This document shows, in pieces, positions 35,399 to 40,231 of a stretch of 40,231 nucleotides of DNA (its first letter is position 1; the number at the start of each line of letters is the position of its first letter). The translations under genes were made by a program, and so were the position numbers. The notes beneath the pieces are model-generated. The model was not told where the DNA came from. It did not search any database and saw nothing but the letters and a program-made list of their open reading frames with translations. This DNA comes from a virus, in IMG/VR virus record IMGVR_UViG_2914868299_000003, one strand, 5' to 3'.

Positions 35399-35497
35399 AT
35401 CACCCTAATTGGATGGTTTGGTGATATGTGTTTCGGCGAGCGCTTTCGGAAATGATGCCCAGTAGTCCTTTTACACCCGTCGGTGAACCACACTGTT

Positions 35498-36574
35498 ATG
35501 ATTTCGAGAACGGACGTGTTCGAGGATTCGTGGCCCCCCACCGAACTCCCGAACCGAAACGACGAACTCGAGCATCTCTCCCGTCGGCTCGGCCCCACGA
35601 CGCGTGGGTTAGAAGGCGACGACGTCCTGATCTACGGCGGGAGCGGTGTCGGGAAAACCGCCACGACGCGGCACTTCCTCAGCCGGAAGCTGCCGGACTA
35701 CGCCGACGTCGCCTGGGCCCAGATCAGCTGCGGCGACAAGACGCGAAATATCCTCCTCAAAGAAGCGGCGGCAGAACACCCCGACGACGTCACCGTCCAA
35801 CTGAACTGGCGGCCGTCCCGACTGAAGGCGGCCCTCGAGCGCGTCGTCGACGGCGAGCCGTACATCCTGGTCCTCGACGAGGCCGACTCGATCGCCGACC
35901 ACGAGATCCTTGCCGACCTGGCGGATGTCGAGGGGGTCTCCGTGATCGTCATCGCCCACGACCGGACCGAGTGGCTCGGCCATCTCAACAACGCCGTCAT
36001 CGGATCCTTCGGAATCGACTCAACGATACGGTTCAACCCCTACAGCACAGACGAACTCGTGGAGATCCTCGAGCCGCGGATCCGATTGGGGCTGGACTAC
36101 GATGCGTTCAGCCGCGACCAACTCAAGCGGATCGCGAAGGAAACCGAGGGGGTCGCCCGCTACGGGATCAAGGCGGTGTGGGCCGCCGCGGAGATCGCCA
36201 AGGAGCGCGGCCACGACACGGTCACCGACGCCGACGTCGACGACTGTTTCGACCGCGCGATGGCGAAGATGCGCGAGTCGAATCTGGCGAGTCTCTCCTA
36301 TACTCACCGGGCGCTCTACGAGCTGGTCCGCCGGCTCGGGCCGACCGTCTACAACTCGAAGTTGAAGAGTATCTGGCGGGCCCACCGCGAGGAGATCTAC
36401 GCCGATCGCCACCGGGAGCCCGTGACGTGGCGGCACGCGCGTAACTATCTGGAGAAGCTCGAGAAATACGATCTGCTCGTGCGCAAGGGGAGAACGCAGA
36501 ACCGCCGATGTGTGGTCACCGATCCCGACCTCGAGGCCACGGTCGATCTCGACTTCGTGTTTCTGGCGGCTTAA
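35498..36574 (+). CDS. cdc6: Orc1/Cdc6 family replication initiator
   Basis: LPNRNDEL, Walker A GGSGVGKT, Walker B LVLDEAD, FNPYSTDELVEILEPR, G.AR sensor 2, C-terminal wHTH. Confidence 0.93.
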   Translation: MISRTDVFEDSWPPTELPNRNDELEHLSRRLGPTTRGLEGDDVLIYGGSGVGKTATTRHFLSRKLPDYADVAWAQISCGDKTRNILLKEAAAEHPDDVTVQLNWRPSRLKAALERVVDGEPYILVLDEADSIADHEILADLADVEGVSVIVIAHDRTEWLGHLNNAVIGSFGIDSTIRFNPYSTDELVEILEPRIRLGLDYDAFSRDQLKRIAKETEGVARYGIKAVWAAAEIAKERGHDTVTDADVDDCFDRAMAKMRESNLASLSYTHRALYELVRRLGPTVYNSKLKSIWRAHREEIYADRHREPVTWRHARNYLEKLEKYDLLVRKGRTQNRRCVVTDPDLEATVDLDFVFLAA

Positions 36575-36765
36575 TCAGCTGTCGCCGCTTTCGCTACCGC
36601 CTTCGGATTTCCCTCGAGGTCAACCCCTTCTCGCTCCGCCTTTTCTTCCATCGCTTCCCGGATCCAGTCAGCCAACGACATCCCCTGGCCAGCCGCGTGG
36701 GCACGGAGTTTGTTGTACTTCTCCTCTTCAACCCGTGCCGCGGCTTGCTTCTTATCGCTGCTCAT
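36571..36765 (-). CDS. Ribbon-helix-helix (CopG-like) regulator
   Basis: QAAARVEEEKYNKLRAHAAGQGMSLADWIREAMEE. Confidence 0.85.
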   Translation of the reverse strand: MSSDKKQAAARVEEEKYNKLRAHAAGQGMSLADWIREAMEEKAEREGVDLEGNPKAVAKAATAD

Positions 36766-36866
36766 ACCGGAGGTGTACGAATGCATGATACATTAGTGTT
36801 ATTGATATAGAGGTGCCTAGCACCTTTGCATTAGAGTTATGTAGGTGTAGCGTTATAGAATCACTC
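36766..36866. promoter_or_regulatory. AT-rich divergent promoter with palindrome AGGTGC-CTA-GCACCT (36811-36825)
   Basis: Perfect 6-3-6 palindrome; further AGGTG half-sites near 36771 and 36843. Confidence 0.6.
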
Positions 36867-37028
36867 GTGACGACAGAGACTGAAGCGCCGGACGGCTCTA
36901 AGTGGACCACAATTACGGTCACGAAGGAGTTCCGAAATCGGCTCCGGTCCATGAAGCGAGGTCAAGAGTCGTATACAGAACTGCTCGAGCGGATGGCTGA
37001 GCAGTTCGATTCCGATGAGAACCAGTAG
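36867..37028 (+). CDS. Small RHH-like DNA-binding protein
   Basis: WTTITVTKEFRNRLRSMKRGQESYTELLERM. Confidence 0.8.
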   Translation: MTTETEAPDGSKWTTITVTKEFRNRLRSMKRGQESYTELLERMAEQFDSDENQ

Positions 37029-37108
37029 GCGGACGCATAGCTCGTCAACTAAATTGCAGTGAGCCGGGTGTCACCAGCGCCCGACTCGACGAAAGGTCAG
37101 AGGTACGC

Positions 37109-37681
37109 ATGATCCACAACACGACGTTCGGATATCGTAATGCGGCGGCTACAGCGGCCAGCGCTGCTGGTAGCACGCGATTACCGCGTCGTGGCCTTTC
37201 GGAAATGAGGCAGGATACTTTTAGTGCGTATCGAGACCAACAGCAGAATCAACCACTCGCGGCCACCGCCGGAGCGCGCCAAGGTACCAACTTTCGCGCC
37301 CCGGCTGTCCGCGGGTCACGAACGAAGACCACGCCGGGAGGTCGATCGCTCCCGGCATCAGACGTGACCATGAACACGAACGAAGACCACGACGAAAACG
37401 CTAACGGATCGAACAGTACCAACACCCTTCCCGGAGTCGTCCGCGGTTCCCTCGAGCGCATCGAGGGCGGCGAGATCGACGAGACGGCCGCACTCGTTCG
37501 TCGCCTCGAGGTCGCCCAGCGCTTCGACGACGCCGAGGCCAAGGCCGACACGCCCGAGCTGCTCGAGGGTGGTCCGATGCAGGGCGCACACCGCTACTGC
37601 ATCGAGGGCGACAGCGAGGAGGCGTGGCTCGCGAGCAACTATACTGTCCCCATCGGGTTCGACGGAGGTGACGGCCGATGA
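37109..37681 (+). CDS. Hypothetical protein (true start may be ATG 37370)
   Basis: Acidic part begins at 37370; the upstream part is atypical and contains a TATA-like ATACTTTTAG. Confidence 0.6.
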   Translation: MIHNTTFGYRNAAATAASAAGSTRLPRRGLSEMRQDTFSAYRDQQQNQPLAATAGARQGTNFRAPAVRGSRTKTTPGGRSLPASDVTMNTNEDHDENANGSNSTNTLPGVVRGSLERIEGGEIDETAALVRRLEVAQRFDDAEAKADTPELLEGGPMQGAHRYCIEGDSEEAWLASNYTVPIGFDGGDGR

Positions 37682-38190
37682 CGCTCCGCGACCTCGAGGA
37701 GATCGACGTCACGCTCGAGCAGTCGTTGATGCGGAGCGGCGATGAGGAAGTCGTCCGATGGACTGCGACGGCCGACACCGACGACGAGGAAGCGAAGGTC
37801 GCCGCCGATTCGCCGGCCGAAGCGCTCCGGATGCTCGCCGACGAACTCGAAGACGACACGGCGGACGGTGAGTTGACGGATCACGAGGACATGATCGAGA
37901 TCCTCGAAGCCGCTCCGGACGGGGCCGCCCTAGTCGCAGTCGACGATCTCACCGATCCGAACCCGCAACTTCATACGCGACTCTACGGCCCTGATTCCGA
38001 GGATAACGTGCTGCGTCGGTATGTCGCGCACATGACGGCGCGGTGTCTCGGTGAACACTACCCATACGAGTTCAAACACGGGGCGATCATCGCCTCTGGT
38101 GGTCAGTGGAGTCCCCCTGGAGCGGGGTACACGAACCCGGTGAGGGAGTTCGAGCGCCGGTTCGAGGACAACGGAGGCGATTCGGCATGA
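37678..38190 (+). CDS. Hypothetical protein
   Basis: Acidic, coupled to neighbours. Confidence 0.8.
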   Translation: MTLRDLEEIDVTLEQSLMRSGDEEVVRWTATADTDDEEAKVAADSPAEALRMLADELEDDTADGELTDHEDMIEILEAAPDGAALVAVDDLTDPNPQLHTRLYGPDSEDNVLRRYVAHMTARCLGEHYPYEFKHGAIIASGGQWSPPGAGYTNPVREFERRFEDNGGDSA

Positions 38191-38930
38191 TCGCCGGCCA
38201 GCTGGCGCTCCTCCAGGAGCCCGCCGCCGAGCCCCTCGAGAACCACCACGACCAGACTGGGCGCGCTCTGCAGGTCGAGGAGACCCAGACCTACCTCGAC
38301 GAGGACCTCACGATCCAGTCGGGGCTGGTCGCCGGCGAGGTTCCGAAAGAGGACGAACGCGTCCTCCTGGACGGCCACGAGATCGAGACCGAGACGTGGA
38401 CGGTCACCCGCCGCGTCGCCAGCGAGTGGGTCGCCGACGTCGACGGCGAGGGCTGGATCCTCGCCGAACGCACGCACACGAGTGACCTCGAACACGAACC
38501 CGACTGGCCGTTCAACGAGTTCTCGAAGCTGGCCGGCCCGGAGATCGCGCCGGTCCGGCTCAAGCCGTGGGAGTTCGTCCGCCGGCAGCGCGACGAGGGA
38601 CGGACGTGGACGGTCGAGATGACCACCCACGAATCCAACCTCGACGATACCACGATCGAGTGGGGCAACGGCGCGCTCAAGTCGAAAGCGGTCAACTCCG
38701 ACGTCGGCGTCGCACTGACGACGTTCTGGAACGACGTCCACGTCCGGCTGGTCATCTACTCGAGCGGGTACCTCGCCATCTGGGAGCCCGCCGAGATGAA
38801 GCCCGAGCTGCTCGGCCGGTTCATCCACGAGGAGATCGTCCCGATCGCGACGTTTGCCGACGACGTCGAAGTCGAAGAGGACGAAGAGGCCGAACAGCAG
38901 ACGCTCGAGGACAGCGGGGCGGAAGCATGA
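38187..38930 (+). CDS. Hypothetical protein (Trp-rich)
   Basis: ATGA overlap after GGAGG. Confidence 0.8.
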   Translation: MIAGQLALLQEPAAEPLENHHDQTGRALQVEETQTYLDEDLTIQSGLVAGEVPKEDERVLLDGHEIETETWTVTRRVASEWVADVDGEGWILAERTHTSDLEHEPDWPFNEFSKLAGPEIAPVRLKPWEFVRRQRDEGRTWTVEMTTHESNLDDTTIEWGNGALKSKAVNSDVGVALTTFWNDVHVRLVIYSSGYLAIWEPAEMKPELLGRFIHEEIVPIATFADDVEVEEDEEAEQQTLEDSGAEA

Positions 38931-39067
38931 CCGCGCGCTACGAGGTCATCGGGAAGGTCGACCGCTCAGTCGCAGGATCGTTCACGGCCGATCCCGACCT
39001 GATCCTCGTCGACGACGGCGACGAGGAACTCCTGATCGCCGAACCGGCGAGTGATGACGATGAGTAG
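38927..39067 (+). CDS. Small hypothetical protein (46 aa)
   Basis: Coupled at both ends. Confidence 0.55.
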   Translation: MTARYEVIGKVDRSVAGSFTADPDLILVDDGDEELLIAEPASDDDE

Positions 39068-39782
39068 CTGCTCGACCTGCGGCGGCCGGGACTACCTCTG
39101 CCAGCAGTGCAAGATGGACGAACTTGAGAACCGTCTCGGCCTCCCGTCGGATCACTTCGACGCTGACGCCGGGATCGTCTGCTGGGTTCAGGACGTCGAC
39201 GAAACCTGGCACGCCTCGATGTACTTCGAGGACACGCGTCACGTCGCGGCCTGTGGTGAGATCCTCGAGACGCCGGTCGCGGACGTTCGCGAGGATCCGC
39301 GCCGACTCGCCGAGGTCCACACCTGCGACGACTGCGAGGCCGCCCTCGAGGCCGACGACGAGGAGACCGTCCCCGACGGCGGCGAGTTCGAGCGTGCAAG
39401 CAAGCTGCTGGCCGACGGCGGCGAGGTCGACGTCTACCAGTGGGTCCTCGAGAACGTCCACGAGTATCCCGCCGGGACCGATCCCCGCTGGGGCTCTCGA
39501 GGCAACCTCGTCTACGAGGGACGGAAGCTCGACGGCGTCAGCAAAGAGGACGTCCAGAAGGCGATCGCCCGCGCGGTCGACAACGAGGACCTCATCTCGT
39601 GGCACGGGCTGCTGGCCCGCGCCGAGGTCGACCGACTTCGAGAGATTACTCGTGCCGAACATGAGGACCACGACATCACGCGGGGGATCCTCGTCGGGAA
39701 GTGCAACAAGCTGATCGCGAAGAAAAAGAAGGCCGACGGCACCGAGTCCGCGGCCGCGACCAACGGTGGTGAAGCGGCGTGA
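39060..39782 (+). CDS. Multi-Zn-motif protein with helical C-terminal domain
   Basis: CSTC..CQQC; WH...ACG...CDDC; C-terminus resembles 1..399. Confidence 0.8.
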   Translation: MSSCSTCGGRDYLCQQCKMDELENRLGLPSDHFDADAGIVCWVQDVDETWHASMYFEDTRHVAACGEILETPVADVREDPRRLAEVHTCDDCEAALEADDEETVPDGGEFERASKLLADGGEVDVYQWVLENVHEYPAGTDPRWGSRGNLVYEGRKLDGVSKEDVQKAIARAVDNEDLISWHGLLARAEVDRLREITRAEHEDHDITRGILVGKCNKLIAKKKKADGTESAAATNGGEAA

Positions 39783-40231
39783 CGGGCGGCTCGTACCGGA
39801 TCGGCTGCGACGACTGCGGGGCCGAGATCCGCGCGTCGGCGGAGTACTGTCCCAACTGCGGCGAGCGCCAGTCGTGGTTCTCCGACGACGAGAACGAGGA
39901 TGACACCGAGGGCAACCTCGAGGAAGTCTTCCGCCGCGAGACGATCACCGAGGCCGGCGACGGCGGCCTCCTGGTCGGTGAGCGCGAGTTCGTCGATCGC
40001 GTCGACGACGTCTGCTCCGAACTCGAGGCGCTCCGCGAGGGGGCCGACGATCCCCGAGTCAAGGAGGAGCTGCAGACCGCAGTCGGCGCCGTCTGGCGGG
40101 CGTCGGTCCTCCAGCGAGTCGCGGAGAACGACGATATCCGGATGGCCGCTGATACAGGACCCGAGGCGACGCCCGTCCGCGGGTCTGTGCCAACCGGTTT
40201 CACACGCGACGGAGGTGGGGAGGATGTCTGA
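39779..40231 (+). CDS. Zn-ribbon protein
   Basis: CDDC...YCPNCG. Confidence 0.8.
   Translation: MTGGSYRIGCDDCGAEIRASAEYCPNCGERQSWFSDDENEDDTEGNLEEVFRRETITEAGDGGLLVGEREFVDRVDDVCSELEALREGADDPRVKEELQTAVGAVWRASVLQRVAENDDIRMAADTGPEATPVRGSVPTGFTRDGGGEDV

Larger units (their letters stand above)
29776..35426. repeat. 60-bp direct repeat (29776-29835 and 35367-35426) covering the promoter and start of both lipoprotein genes
   Basis: 51/60 identical by manual alignment, including non-coding AATTGGATGGTTyGGTGATA. Confidence 0.85.
1..40231. mobile_element. Tailed haloarchaeal virus / provirus (siphovirus-like), probably extending beyond both window ends
   Basis: Canonical order terminase-portal-head-capsid-neck-tail tube-chaperone-tape measure-tail tip; acidic proteins; archaeal Orc1/Cdc6; no sheath gene recognised. 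Confidence 0.95.

Noticed and set aside
35399-35497. ORB/origin upstream of cdc6
   Set aside because: No TTCCAGTGGAAAC-like box or G-string found; the region is short and appears occupied by divergent promoters.
40211-40231. Window might be a closed circle (ends in TGA, starts with ATG)
   Set aside because: The end GGAGG...ATGTCTGA looks like the coupled start of a further gene; joined to position 1 it runs into a shadow frame, so the sequence probably continues outside the window.
37678-40231. Recurrent C-terminal GG(E/D)/RGE motifs in early proteins
   Set aside because: Explained by embedded Shine-Dalgarno (GGAGG/GAGGTGA) for the next gene, not a protein sorting signal.

Overview
The window holds most of the genome of a tailed haloarchaeal virus or provirus (siphovirus-like). 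Evidence: GC-rich DNA, strongly acidic proteins, many overlapping ATGA/GTGA gene junctions, and very frequent CTCGAG, which by recall points to a Natrialbales host. Left to right: end of an early operon (1-3617); three membrane genes (3817-4762); packaging and head genes (HhH-fused small terminase, inserted HEXXH gene, large terminase, portal, gp7-like minor head, protease/scaffold, decoration, major capsid; 4766-13274); an HNH endonuclease; neck and tail genes (14316-18266) with a -1 frameshift chaperone; a 2.9 kb accessory insertion with a second HNH (18267-21189); tape measure and tail-tip genes (21190-29095); a lysogeny/accessory region with two paralogous Tat lipoproteins, a Panacea + RelE-like toxin-antitoxin pair, a broken J-domain gene, a wHTH regulator, Orc1/Cdc6 and a divergent RHH pair (29145-37028); and the start of another early operon (37109-40231). 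I recognised no integrase, tRNA, rRNA or CRISPR array. All functional calls come from motif recognition by eye; no database searches were run.
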